A stretch of 64,000 bases of DNA, taken from the NCBI RefSeq assembly GCF_037042905.1, contig NC_087254.1, forward strand, positions 35,278,001 through 35,342,000, in the 5' to 3' direction. This DNA comes from Lytechinus pictus (lineage: Eukaryota). A program made the translations under genes and the position numbers. Position 1 is the first letter of the stretch. Each line of letters begins with the position of its first letter. The notes below the pieces were generated by a model. That model had not been told where the DNA came from, did not search any database, and saw only the letters and a program-made list of their open reading frames with translations. This document shows positions 25,245 through 39,279 of the stretch, piece by piece.

Positions 25245-25784
25245 ATTTGACCTAAGCTGTTTGGTCTTCTCTATATTTGGTCTAATTCCCACTTATGCCC
25301 AGATGTCCAGTTCCCACTTCATCTACTAATATAAATTTCATTCAATAATATTTCATGTTATTTATGTAGAATTGTTGATGCTGGACCAAACAGATTTTCG
25401 AAAAAATGGCTATAGCCTGACTGGAAATTAGACAAGATATAGAATGGGCTAATTGACAATTAGACCAAATGGTAAGTGGATGAACTAGGACTAGACCATG
25501 TTCAGATGATACCAAACTGCAATTAGATGAAGCAGGTGTAGACCAATCGGCACTTTGCCGTGATCTTGTGATAAGTTTGATATTAACACTTTCACTTCTC
25601 CCTGATCAATCTTTATATGCTCAAAATTTTATTTGTGTATCTGACGGTAAGCAGTTTTTTTTTCTTTCATCATTGAACGAGAGCATCTAACACACAACTA
25701 GCAAACTTTAAGTGATAATAATTATCATGAAAAATAAGCATTTATCTAAAATTGTGCCATCTACACTATCTAGAAATTATTCAT

Positions 25785-25930
25785 TCCAAGGCGCACTATA
25801 ATTACTACTCGGACTTTAGCTCGAGCTGCTATTTCCAGCACTCGGTGCATCGAAGGGAGTTATCATGCCGCGTACCCTTTCACCTCGCCTGGGTTGAGTG
25901 CAGCACCCTGTGGTTAAATGTCTGGTACCT
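25785..25930 (-). mobile_element. SINE body fragment (tRNA-SINE family central domain)
   Basis: Minus strand tgctgcactcaacccaggcgaggtgaaagggtac, similar to the core of the SINE at 50678. Confidence 0.55.
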
Positions 25931-25968
25931 CAAAGCCAGATTTTGTACCCTCCACTGGACAGGACTTG

Positions 25969-26210
25969 CACTTCAAAAACTCCGGTGTTGATTTAAAACC
26001 AGCCCGGAATCTATATATGTCCACACCAGAGAAGTGTTAAACAACACCAGTTTCATTTTGGTCTAACACCAGAAAGGTGTTTATACAACACCAATTAGTT
26101 TTAAAACAGCATCGGTTTGGTTTCAAACTGGTGCTGTTTCAATACTTCTCTGGTGTGGACATATATAGATTCCAGGCTGGTGTTAAATCAACACCGGAGT
26201 TTTTGCAGTG
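25969..26210. mobile_element. Palindromic MITE with CACT-type termini (EnSpm/CACTA-like)
   Basis: ~85-bp inverted arms cacttcaaaaactccggtgttgattt... / ...aaatcaacaccggagtttttgcagtg; internal aacacca subrepeats. Confidence 0.8.
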
Positions 26211-28967
26211 TGTGTAGTGACCCAAGGAGGAGAAGAAGACCTATGAAATTCAAGTGTTTCAGGCATTGTAGCTCTCTATGGAATGCTCCCCAGTGAGTGG
26301 TGAAAGTGCATACTCCCTGTGCATGCCAGCCCAATAAACAGGGATAATTATATTCTTGTGAAACTTAGCCATCATTTTTTGTTTTCAGTGCTGTAAAATG
26401 CAGAATGTTATCAATATTATTGATTACCAACATATTTAGTTCATTTTCATTTATTTTCTCAGCAGAAAAAATTGTACAATATGAACAGGAATGACAAATA
26501 ACATGTATTAGAGCCCCAAACAAATATTCTAATCAGAGACTATCAAACAGGGAATTATATTCATAAGTATTTTGTAGCTTTCTACTGCAATTAATCCCTT
26601 CTTGTGTTGCATCGTGATGTAACTCTCAAGTGATAAAGGCCCCAAACAAATATTACTTTATGAAATCAAATTTATTTTAGATATTATGAAGATAGGATAT
26701 GAAGAAGGAAAATATCTAACAGTACTTATTATGTAGCTATATGTTGCAATTCATCCCTTTTTGTGTTGCAATTTGAATTGATATATGTATAATTTTATGA
26801 ATGTTTTTGTGCAATACCTAACATTAGCTTAAATTATGTTATCCTGTTTGATTTGCATAAGATATCTCATGAGTAATTTAGAGGCTTAGATTGAAAAATT
26901 GTCTCTAAATTGAGTATTAATTGTGTATGTTGGTAAACTAAAAAGTATAGTAAAACAATGGAGATTGATTGAATATTCCCATTGTATTGCCAAATTAAAT
27001 TTTTATTAATTCCAATTATGTAAGACACTTTCCAATTTATTTGCTTGATATTACATCCTGTAGATATTCACATTTTATCATGTTTTCCACTGGTGAAAAT
27101 TTGCATCAACATCAATTCAAACTTCAATTTAGTTGATGGGATAACCACACATCAGTTCAGTGTTTTCACTATATTTTAAACAGATTAAACATAATACTAG
27201 TATATCTTTGCTAAACAGTAATAGTGATATACATGAAAGCTGTTGTATTGTTTTTTTTATAGTGTGTCTTAACTTAATATTTGTTTCCTTTTACTCCGTA
27301 TAAATCATCCAATTCTGAATTGTTTTTTTGTCTATTTCCATTATCCATCTGCACTTGTATCCCTTTGATGTACATTAAATGACAAAAATTTTCTGTAAAG
27401 ACATATTTTGTTCTTCAATTTCAGCTGATAACACTGTCACAGACATGATGCATTCACAGTACTGTGTATTGTCAATTAAAAGTACCACTAATGCCACTTT
27501 GGGGAACTGGCCAAAGTTTCTATTGTGTTCATAGTGTTAGCAACAGTTTCATGAATGATTCCTAGTTAAAAAAAGAAAAGTACTATATGTCAGTACTTGG
27601 GAACCATCTTTCTGCGAAATGACTCTCTTTTTTTTTTCAAAATTGTTCAAGTACTCCCACCATAACTTTTCAACTTGTCCATGTTGTCATTTGTGCGATT
27701 GCATTAAAATGTCAATTTGATATTTTCATATTTATTATCACTTCATCATTCTACATGACTTAAAAGATGCTTTTCACAATTTTCAGGATTTTCAGAACTC
27801 ATACCGATCACCTAGCTCTGTAATTGTCCTTTTTGGGGGGCTAGGAGGGGGGGAGGGGGGGAAGAAGTGTCATTTCCTCAACATGACAGCTAAATTGTCT
27901 GCATGGTAAATGCTAATTGATTTGTAGGTCCATTACCTAAATGAATGCAGTCCTATTGAGCAACAAATTTCAGTAAATTTCTAGAGTATGATTAGAATCT
28001 TGTGCTTAAACCTCTGCTGGGTACATAACATGCTCAATGCTTTGATATTCATTCCAATTGTCAACCACTACATATCTTCTGAAGACAGCAAGGACAGTCG
28101 AGTTTGGGTGGTCCCTTTCAGGACCAAAAATGCTTACGAAGTGTGTGCATGGCGTACATTGGATCCTCTACATTGATTTGGTGGTCCTTTTCAGGACCAT
28201 CATATGCCCACGATAGAATACATGGTGTACCGTGAAACCACCACACTCTTCTTCTTTGCCATGGAAACCTTCAGATGTTACATTGATTTATTCTTCGCCT
28301 TGGAAACCTTCAGAAGTTAACAAATATAGTCAACCTGTAAAGCAGGCTCACATTTACAGTTTTTACTTTCTTTCCTTTAAATTGTGGTAAATCTACTGTT
28401 TAACTCCTAAGGGTGAGTTTATCAACAAGGTCTTGGCTTTTTGCTGTTTTTACTTAAGGTTGAGTCATTTGTACAGTCTATTTAACAGACCATATATAGG
28501 CCTATCTATTGACTTTGGCCTTGGAAAGCCTAGACCAGGTCAGTTCCATCAGCAATCATGAAAATATTTGTGTAGATCACTGAGAAAAGTACTGGTAAAA
28601 TTTACAGAAGGACAAACTTCAGAATATGTTTTCCATATGTAGTTAATTATGTAAATTTAATGTTCTCTTTTTTCTTGATTTGTTGAAACTTCATGTATGT
28701 ACTTTCATATAATATTATCTCTGACCTATAACTTTTCATAGTAATGTATTGCTTTATTTGATTTTAGTCTGGATTATGACAGTGCAAAACAATTACATTT
28801 TCTTAGTCGAATAGAACTTTTGAAAAAAGGACTTGCATTCAGGCTGAAAGGTGCTTGAATTTACAAACATTTTTTTGTTTATATACTAACGAAGAATTCT
28901 CACAATACATGAAGTGCATTCATGTAAAGGCTCTCATTTTATGTTATTATGTATATAGTAGAACAAG

Positions 28968-29051
28968 AATAAATCTTATTTATTTCCAGTGTTCTCAATC
29001 ATAAAGGCTTAGTTTTGTTTCTTGCATGTCTCTATTTAGTTTAGTAATAAA
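28968..29051 (+). terminator. Candidate PICK1 polyadenylation signals (AATAAA at 28968 and 29046)
   Basis: Two AATAAA hexamers, the first followed by T/GT-rich sequence, at the end of the CpG-poor domain covering PICK1; assignment is inference. Confidence 0.3.
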
Positions 29052-29469
29052 AAGATTGATTATACCGTGTTAAGAGGATGCATTATAAAGTGAGAGTGAT
29101 TGTACAATGATTTTAAGACTAGTAAAACACCCCACAAGGATTAAACAATAATGGATGACGGGGGGGGGGGGGGGGCTCCTTATACCCATTTCCTCCCTCA
29201 GTCATTGACAAGTTATTGTAGATGAAATCTACGTGTATCTCCCCTTCTCGAAGATTCCGCTCAGGCCGCTCCACCTGCGTGAACCCCCTATTAGTATTAC
29301 CCCATCCCGTCTGCCTCTTGAAGAGTGTGCCTAGGGTAATCAAACTCCGTAATACACTTTGCTTGGCGGGAACCACCTGAAGATTGTGCATATAACATGA
29401 GACGGAGAAATAGACGATACTCCACTAAACTCATGAGCGGTCCAGATGAAGTGTGTGGAGAGATTGAGG

Positions 29470-29745
29470 AAAGATAAAATATTGAAGAACGAGGAGCAGA
29501 AGAAGAAGGAGGAGGACAAGAAGAAGAGGAGGGTGAAGAAGGAGTAGAAGAAGAATTGGGAGGAAGGATGAGGAGGAAAAATAAGAAGGAGCAGAAGAAG
29601 AGGAAGAAGATGGCGAAGGTAAAGGGGAGAAGAAGGAGGAGGAGAAGAAGAAAAAATAAGAAGTGGGAGAAGAAAAAGGAAAAGAAGATGAGGATGAGAA
29701 AGAAGAGAGAGAGAAATTGTCCGAAGAGATGGGGAAGAGAATGGG
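29470..29745. repeat. Degenerate (GAA/GGA)n purine tract
   Basis: Almost pure A/G low-complexity run. Confidence 0.9.
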
Positions 29746-30753
29746 TTTCACTTTGAATCGGACTGGAGGGGAGGGAGGGGGTGTAGTATAAAATGGGAAG
29801 AGAACATAACACTATTCCGGGATTTATACTAAGCAGGGTAAATGATTTACATGAGCGATATGCAGAGTTAGGGGGAACGAGATCGGGGGGGGGGGGGGGG
29901 AGTGATGCCGAAAGGCACCCAAGGAGGGTTGCCGGGTTAAACAAAAAAGAGGAATAGTGGGGGTAAGCATGGAATGGCGTAATCTTTGATAATATAATAC
30001 AGAATGCAAAATATGGTTATTTACTGAATTTTTAGAATTTGGTGGTGTTTTTGATGGAGCTGGGAGGAATGCTCATCAATTTAGACCGCAGCAGCAGCAG
30101 TAGTCGGGGCAGTAGTAGTATCGTAGTAATTGTAGTGGCAGCAGTAGTAGAAGTAGACTTACTTAGTTGATACTACTGTCAGTATACTCGTAGTAATAGA
30201 ATGAAAAGTAGAAGAAATAGTAATATTATGAAACCAGGATAGCGCTGGCCCACTTTATTTACCGGGTCAATCTCTAAGTCTGTATACCCTAAGGGTTTGT
30301 TACTGATGATGTGACTAGTAATTGGAGACACGATGATGGATGAAATAAATGGCTCATCTACCTTGGGTGTGTTAGACTATCAGGGGTAAAGACCTTTCCC
30401 TGAATGGCTGTAAAACCGAGCTTTCGGATTCATACGTGATTAATATCAAAGTGGAGTACATCCTTACTTTGCAGGAACTGAATATCGATTCGATTCTCAT
30501 TTTTTCACTGATTCAAAAGAAATTCATTTCTTTTAAAAGTGTATTTATTATTATCATTATTACTATTATAAGTATTATTATTGTTGTTGCCATTATTATT
30601 ACTATCACATCGTCATCATCATTGTATTTTTGTTTTGTTTTTTAGATGTTTATTTATTTACTTATTTATTGATTTTATCTTACTTTCTGTGCAGAGAGGT
30701 TTCTCGGAAATGAAAGCTCGAAAATGAAATTTAAACAACACAGAACGATGGAT

Positions 30754-31005
30754 NNNNNNNNNNNNNNNNNNNNNNNNNNNNNNNNNNNNNNNNNNNNNNN
30801 NNNNNNNNNNNNNNNNNNNNNNNNNNNNNNNNNNNNNNNNNNNNNNNNNNNNNNNNNNNNNNNNNNNNNNNNNNNNNNNNNNNNNNNNNNNNNNNNNNNN
30901 NNNNNNNNNNNNNNNNNNNNNNNNNNNNNNNNNNNNNNNNNNNNNNNNNNNNNNNNNNNNNNNNNNNNNNNNNNNNNNNNNNNNNNNNNNNNNNNNNNNN
31001 NNNNN
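30754..31005. other. Assembly gap (252 N)
   Basis: Run of n. Confidence 1.
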
Positions 31006-31244
31006 GCTAAATAGATGAATGGTTGAATATAAACACATATTTTACACTGATTTTCAAAAAAAAAAATCGATATTCAAATTTATTTCCACAGTTAAAAATA
31101 TACATAATAATTATATACAAATAATTGACATTACGGAGCTATATTACATGTGGAGGGGTCAAAGAAAGCACAACTGCTTGTATAAATTGGCCCCATTGTA
31201 ACAATACTGTAAATCATAGTAATACATGTAAAATGAACAATATA

Positions 31245-31910
31245 CAGTGCGTGTCAAAAAAAAGTTTACACTTTGAAAAAAATCCTTTAAATTCATACAT
31301 TTGCAATATCCTTAATATTTTTTTTTCACATTTTAACATTGGTACAGATCCATTTAAGCAAATGATGATGTCGAAAAATATTTCCGCTTGAGTGAGCACC
31401 ACTTACTTTTGGAAAGTTAGTGAAAAATTATTAGCACAGAACTTTGAAATAGTTATGCGAATAAAAGTAGAATTTAGCTAGTAAAATTGATTTGAAGATA
31501 TCTTTTATCTGTTTTAACTTGTTTCCTTGCCCAAAACACTTCGAAGTGTGCATTGCGCCCCACCCCACTCCCCCACACACCGAGGCCATCGTGACGATAT
31601 TTGCTTTATTTCAATTGACTAAAAGTGCAAGGGAAATGTATGAGAAATGTTTCGCAGGGTAAGTTTGATTTCGCCCTTTCCCTTAACACAGCCAGCGTGA
31701 AAACGAGCATTTCTGCGCAAACAGATTTCTGCGAGCTTTACAAAAATGGACAGTGCTCACTCAAGTGTAACATTCTGTCTAAACTTGAAATTTCATTGGA
31801 TAGATGAGACCCAAACCCAAGATTATTTGTGAAAAAAATTACCCACGTGTTGTATATTTTTTAATTCCCTGGGCTATTTCAAAGTGTAAACTTTTTTTTG
31901 ATACGCACTG
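31245..31910. mobile_element. Tc1/mariner-type MITE
   Basis: ta|cagtgcgtgtcaaaaaaaagtttacactttgaaa ... tttcaaagtgtaaacttttttttgatacgcactg|ta. Confidence 0.9.
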
Positions 31911-34900
31911 TATAATCATAATCATAACATACTTACAAATAAGTCTAAGAGAGAGGGAGGGGGGGGGTGAAAACAAATCGTTACAATAAATGGAAAGCCG
32001 TGTTGAGGACGGAACAAGAGAGATGAAGAGACTTGTAAATTTGAGAATTCCTTTACAGATTCAACCAAATCTATATAGTAGACTTTTTATTTTCTTACTG
32101 TATGTTATAGACATTTTCTTGTTCCAAAAGGGTCGAAAAAATCGACATGATCAGAACCGGAATATGTAAAGAATGGATAAAATTCTTGACACAAATCATG
32201 TGTTTGCTTATTACTTTTATTCTGGTTACATTTTATTATATATACCCCGTGGATATTCCATTTACTTGATCTTAACCTCTCTATATAATTATTAAAGCAG
32301 ATATCCACTGAAACAATATCGTGAATTCAGGGTTTATATTGAGGTGATATTGCGAATTTATTACTCAGACTCATCCAATATATGAAATGGCAAGTTATGA
32401 TTATGATGTAAATTCAAGTTGTTTTTGATTTTTTTTACTCGAATGTCAATAATGAAATACATATGAAATGGAAAATATTATGAGCAATTATGATTGGATG
32501 TGGTTCGAATGGAAATTTGAGCATTTTAACGAAAGTATTTGAACATGTCGGCAGACCACAAAAACCTCTGCTCTGAAATAAAATTCAGATGCCATGGCGG
32601 TCTTGATCGAAGAGGGGTGTAGGAGGCTTGATGAATATACGACATAGGAAGAGAGTCGATGGGAGCTAGAAGAGGGAGAATTAGCATTAAGACTTTGCCG
32701 GTAGAGTATTTTGATAGCGGAGGGGGGGGGGGGGGTGGGGAAAACTAAATGTGACCATTTTTTTTCTCAACTTAACAACGATCGCGCATTTTAGTGATTA
32801 TCGATTTAAATGACTCATATGACACTTTTTGATAACTTCTTTCCATTTTCTTCCCCTTTAGTTCTACTTTTCAACACTTGAATTATGATTTTGGGGCGGT
32901 TGCCCCTGCCCCTCCTGTGGCTCCACCTATATCAAAGAAGAAAAAACGTTGATTGGTCGCGAACAATGGAAAAGGAATATAAACAAGGATGAAGTTATTG
33001 AAAAAGGAGAGGAGAAGAATAGAAAGAGGGGAACAGTATACTAGTATTAAGAGGAATAGATGAGCGAGAGAAAAAGATCATCAAAGTAGAAAATATAAGG
33101 AAGAAAGTCGAAAATAGAGACGATAAGAATAATGAAAACGTGAAGGATAAGGAAAGGAAAGATGGTGGTGACTAAGAACACTTCAAATGCCAAAAAGAAA
33201 ATCACTGTGAAAGTTTATTTCTATATCATCAACAACAGTCTCCTATAGTTCACCTTTAATATAGCGATTGTAAAATATAACTTGTGAGAGATAGTTCGTG
33301 TCGCCATCCAATGCATCATGGGGGAAACACGACCCGTGCCTGATGACAATAACAAGTTGTCCAACATATCACGAAATTAAAGAGACAACTCCTTAGGGGC
33401 CGCGAGGACACACACACACGCCCTCTCCTCTCATCCCTTAACATACTCGCGCGCGGACACACAGGCGGATCAGAGTAGAATATCAAACTCATCAATTTGA
33501 CCAATTAAATGTTTGCTCTGGAACTACATATTATCTCCCTTCCCCCTGATCAGAGTTGAGCTTATTTCTTATGACAACCAGGCCAATGGCGGGAAAATAA
33601 TCCCAGGGAAGCCTAATTTATGGCGATGAGACCGCCATGATCGCACTGATATTGCTTCAATCAATCAGCATTGTGAGAGGAAATATATCGCAAACAGGAA
33701 TCAATAAACAATCGTCATGTCTCGTGGTTGTGTCGCCAAAAATGGTTTACTTTTATTTGAAACACGAGCAAGCCACGCCAGTGGTTGTCTTGCTCATAGC
33801 CTAAAGCAGCAAACTGTTGACTGTATGCTCACTGTTTTGTCATTAATAATCATATAAAAATCACAATTTCTTTGGAAAATAGAAAAATAGATTCGATATA
33901 GTCCTAATTTTAATTTTCAAATGAGCAGTGTACTCATGAAAGCAGCGATTTTTATACATAGAGTCAGTTAATAATTATGAGATAATCTTTTAAAAAATCC
34001 GTCCACCATAAAAGTTTTAATAACATTTTCGCAACGTCTTATCTGTTCTTGTATTTTCACAAGTCCTCTAGAATTTACACTTAATATGATTTTAATTTAC
34101 ATGAAACTCTATTCCATATTCATTGGCTAGATTTTCTCATCAGCAAAAAGGCATTTCCAATGTAGCCAGACCATATCAAATAATCAAATATAAAAACAAA
34201 TATGATATTGTGACATTAGCTGTGTTAAACGGCATTTTCAATTAAAATATTCGTCTACGATTTAGTTTTAGTGAAAGACATTATGATAGTCACAATTTTA
34301 TGCTCAATAATCAATATTACAAATACAAACTTTGTAATAGAAGTACCATTGTGGGAATAGATGATGCTATACACAACGCTCTTTACTGCACTGAGTGAAG
34401 ATGATAAGCATCAGGGTTTTTTTTCTTAGCTGCCCTAGAAAATATAAGGTAGGTCATCTTGATTATTCGTTTATTATTCAAAATGATATCGGGAATTATT
34501 GAATTCAAAGGAATAACGACTATTCTGACATTTCTTGTATGGCCTCACCCGGTGTTAAGATATAAAAGTCAACAATTTATTATTTCAACCTAAATTCTAC
34601 GGTGATTAAAAGATCTAAATTTTCTTTCATTCTTTAGAATAAGGTATTTGATTGAGCTTTATTTATGCTAGTTGTTTGATCTATTCATTATCTTTATTGG
34701 GGTAGACGTGGTCTTTGTAAATATTTTTTTACTAAAACGACACTTTTTACAAACTATTTAAAGAAAATATGAAAAGAATATCTTCCTGAAATATTCATAT
34801 TGTTTTGGGGACTCCGGTCTTAAGCGAATGTCTGACTTCTTTATCTCAGTGCATATCATGTGTACTGGGGTATATAGGCCTATTCATATACGGAGATATC

Positions 34901-37871
34901 CCAAGGGGAGGCATGCCACTCCGAAAAATCCAGATTCTGTACAGATATTACTCAAGGTATAACAAGACATGTCCTAGAAATACTGCCTGTGATAAATCGA
35001 TAATTCTTTCACATCTCTGTTGTCATGGCAATAATGAAATATTGTATGAATTGTCTCTCATCGTAATGTCATCATCAGCAAGCACGGATCCCGTCACTAG
35101 TAAAGGTTAGAGTTTGGGTGATGTTAAAAATATTGTTTCGCATTTGTAATGGCTGGTGGGAGTAATTGGAAAAAGGTCGAGTTTCGGGGATTTGTCATAC
35201 TTTAATCAGTATGATTGGCGGCCTATGTTTAAATAATCTTTAATTTGTCCCACAGTGAAAGACGATTATATCATAATTATTATACTAGCAGTCTCCGTCT
35301 ATCTATATTAAAGAATAAGATAAGTAAGAAAGGACCGGAAGGTTAAATCCAACATGACCAAGAAAACAAATATAAATACTTTTTAGTCATACCTTTTACA
35401 TACAAGTCATGTACACACATTAAGCAATTATAGCGCTTTACCATTGAAACATGCTGAAAGCGCTTTACAATAATTCTTATAACATAAGAATTAATGAATT
35501 CTATACTCCAATTGCTTGCATTGAATTACAATTACAAACACTATTTTTTATTATAAGTGGCCCTAATGTAATACAATTTGCAGTTTTCAATTTTTTTTTT
35601 TTTGGTTTATCTTCATTCATACGTAATGAAAATTTTGTTTTATAACGTTTGCATACAACCGCTCTAAATTACGTGTATACACTCTTCCACAAAGCTACTT
35701 TGTATTTAACCAAAAGTAGATGTATATGGGTGTGTGTGTGTGTGTGTGTTTCTGGGCCTACTCTTACTCACAAATAAGAGGGAAAAAATAGAGAGTGCAC
35801 ATTGGTATAAATTATGAAGACATAGGTCTATTAACGTTTTTATCATAATACAAAAGCTCATGATAATTATTTGTGACTTGTTAATCTGCGGGTGACAGTT
35901 TTACTAGAATAGCCGGATAAAATATCTTTTTTTTTTGTTCGGATATTACTCGACTCTTATATTTCAAACACTCACTTAATCAGTTTATTTTACTTTGTCA
36001 ATTAGTTTTAACGAACAACTATCAAGGGGGGGGGGGTCTCTTCGTTCGAAACTTAAAATTTGTTAAGCAGTGTACTCGTCTCACCCCCCCCCCCCCCCGT
36101 GACGAAGAAATCTCAGGAATTTGCCTCATGTAATATAGTACTGTCTGTTTTTATGGAGTTTGACATGCAGTGGATGTTTTTTCAGCAGTGCACATACCTT
36201 TTCCGGACATTGCCATCAAAGTAATAAAAGAACATTCCCAGTACCGATTAAAGGACATAACATCTATTTTTTTATTATAAGTAAAAGAACAGAAAATAAG
36301 TTATAAAATATCTCTCCTTTAAAATATACCTCTCAAGATACTCGTCTATATTAGATATTAAACTATAGCGTGCACAAAATGAATACGAAAATTGCGATCA
36401 ATGAATGGGCTTCGTAATGGCATCCTGCCCGCTGGCTTGTCTGTTTAAATCCCTTTTCAAGCCGGTCCCATTTCTGAGAAGATGAGGGCTTTTTAGGAGG
36501 ACAAGGCAAGAATAAAGCATTTGAATTGTACACTCCATCCCGGGATTTTATCCCCGGCTCTTAGCTCTCAAATTAGATTAGGATTCACAACGCGGGTCAG
36601 CTGGAATCCTCAGCCGGGATTTTCCTGACTGTAATTTCACTTGAAAGCAACAAATGAAACATAAAGTGATGGGCGCTGTCGTAGCGATGGGTTGCAGTGA
36701 GAGCTCATGGATGTATCGTAAATTAGACCATTTTGGTAGGAGGAAATGAGAAGAAAGACGGACGTGAAGAGAGGGGCAATACACGGAGAGAGAGAGAGAG
36801 AGAGACAGATAGAGAGGGAGAGAGATGTGGGGAGGGGAGGGGGGGGGGTAGATATAGGTTGGCATAACTTTACAAAAGTATCGGCTTTCGGCCGTACAGA
36901 TGGATTTACAGAGCAGAGAAATAATCAGGGTAAACTGCTTGTGTTATCAAAGCCATGAAATATTTTCATATCTACTGAAGATATACCGATAGGGTGAGAG
37001 AGAGAGAGTGCATAGGGGGGTGTTACATAGAAATTAAGGCGATAAGAAAGAAAGAGGGATAGAGAAGGAAGGGGTGATTGCGTTTGCCTCCATTGTTTCG
37101 TTTTTTTAATTACTGTGATTAACAATTAGAGTTATTATCTCCTTTTCTCAATAAATATGATTGAGTTATAACCTGTTGCATGTCTACCGCAGATAGTTAT
37201 ACGTGATGAAACTGATTTCTTAAAAGTACAATTTTGTAAGATAGAGAAATGAAAGAGAGACAAGGACACAGAAAAATTGAATATACAATGGAGAGAGATG
37301 AGGAACAAAGGAAGAGAAATAGATAGAATTAGGAGAGAGGTGGAAAAGAAGGAGGGAGAGAGGGTTGGAACAAGGTGAAGAAAGTAAATATTGTTTTAAA
37401 CAGAGATGGGGGGGGGGGGGGGTAGAGAGATATAGGAGAAAAAGAGGGGTGGGGGATTATTGTACATTTTGCTTTGTTAAAATGAATAAATGAAAATGAG
37501 GTTTCCCATTCCACCTGTTTATTTTATGAACATGATAAATGTGATATAAGACAAGAAGGAATGATTTATTGGAGAACAAAATGGACATTTCTCAATATCG
37601 AAACCCAATTACATCCCCTTTGAAAATAATAATCCACCTGTGTACCAAAATGGATTGACCAGCTTTGATGAGAATCGAGAATTGTATCCATCCCTATTAC
37701 TCTCGTTTCAAACTCCTTGATCCCTTTCTCTTTCTAGGGAAATAATACAGTCGAGCCTGGACACAGCAGATAAATTGGTCGGATCACACGCGCACCTATC
37801 AATTTTCTCCCCGGGTTTTCTCTCCGCTCAGATAGGCGCAGTTTACCCTATTCACGGCCTGTGTGTGGCTT

Positions 37872-37985
37872 GCACTTCAGTTACAGAAACGAAATTGACT
37901 CCAAACCGACTGACGGTATGTGATCGGTAATGAACTTAGCAGCTTTTGTCGGTCAAAGAAAGATTCTACCGGTGTGACGGCAGCT
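37872..37985 (-). mobile_element. Single-unit (~115 bp) MITE homologous to the 93-bp array element
   Basis: Aligns end-to-end with the reverse complement of one monomer plus both termini (gaaattgactccaaaccgactgacggtatg...agcttttgtcggtc...ggtgtgacggcagc). Confidence 0.7.
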
Positions 37986-38985
37986 GAATGCACTATATTC
38001 AAGGGACATCACTGACGTGGCGATGGATATCTGATTGAACTGGATTTTTATGTTCGTCTAGATGGGGCACGTGTTTTCATCTTCGTTACGGTAGGATGGG
38101 ATGAGTCGACCCTCAAATATATAGGTTGCTGCGCAAAATTAACGTTTCCAAGAGAACCCCCCTCCCCCCGAATTGTTGCCTATGCCTCAGCCGCACATAC
38201 CTTCACATAATTCGGCCCATCATTTTGATCATTGTAGGCTATGTGAGTCACGATGACGTATCGAACTGTATGTTAGCCAGCTACATTTTTTTTAACATCT
38301 TAAACATGGAAAATTTGGTAAAATCTGATAAATCAATATTTAAATCAGCAAAAAAGCTGTAAACTCTCTAAAAAGATTATTAATCAACTTCTGTCTTTTC
38401 ACTGCCTGGAATCCATTTATTGCAAACAATCAAGTGAATTTCGATAACGTAATATCTGTAAACAAACGAAATGAATATGTCTCCTATCGTCGTAATTGTA
38501 ACTACACAGTGTTTCAATATCAAACTACCAGTTATTATTCATTCAGGTCTAAAAGCATGCCAATGAAAACAGTATCCAACATGTCGTGTATTTACCGAAT
38601 CTGAAGATTTACATTGTTCAATTCTTAGAAAAAATACGTGCAATGTTTAACGAAATTGAACATTCCAATTCAGAGTTCCCCCCCCCAAAAAAAAAAAAAA
38701 ACTGTTACCATCGTTACCGATGAAAAGTGCAATCACCGTATGATAAATTTGTCATTATCCAATCAAAACGCGGTGGCTTTATTGCCATTGTAACTAACAC
38801 ACAAGGTTTCCAATCAGTGGTGAAACAGTAAGGGGCCAATCAAGGATATCGTTGTTTGCACATTATGCACAGTGTATCCAGTTTTTACCAATCAAAAGAG
38901 CTGTTGACGACTTGACCATTGCGTCTGTTTCTGAAATGACCTTATGATCGTTGTGACTCTAACATAAAAACCAACCATGATCACG

Positions 38986-39279
38986 CAGGACCCTGGGAAC
39001 GAATTTTACGTGTAAATTTGAAAAGAAAAAAGGAGAAGAAAAAAAAGGGCTCGCTACAAAATGGAAGTCAAATTGGTCTTGAAAAATTTGAAAAGCCAAA
39101 AAAAAAGGGTTTCACTGAAAAATGAAGGTCATTTTGGCTACATTTTTCATGTTTTACACCTCTTCCAGAATACCTGGGGGTTCTGCCTATGGAGAATAAT
39201 ACATTCAACACCCCAAGGAAATTTTGGGGTGCTTCAGTGCTTCAGCGCCCCAAGCACCCCAGCTTCCCAGGGCGCCATG
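38986..39279. mobile_element. hAT-like MITE
   Basis: Exact 8-bp TSD tgatcacg on both sides; ccctgggaa/ttcccaggg inverted ends. Confidence 0.65.

Noticed and set aside
29297-29944. ORFs of 215/106/66 aa over the GAA/GGA tract
   Set aside because: Translations of low-complexity microsatellite DNA.
28079-30330. Hammerhead ribozyme cores (CTGAAGA at 28079, CTGATGA at 30303)
   Set aside because: No properly spaced GAAA or flanking stems found by eye.
30658-31038. ORFs spanning Ns
   Set aside because: Artefact of the assembly gap.
33300-33800. CpG-rich patch with CCAAT and E2F-like tggcgggaaa
   Set aside because: Short motifs with no associated exon; cannot be supported as a promoter or enhancer from sequence alone.
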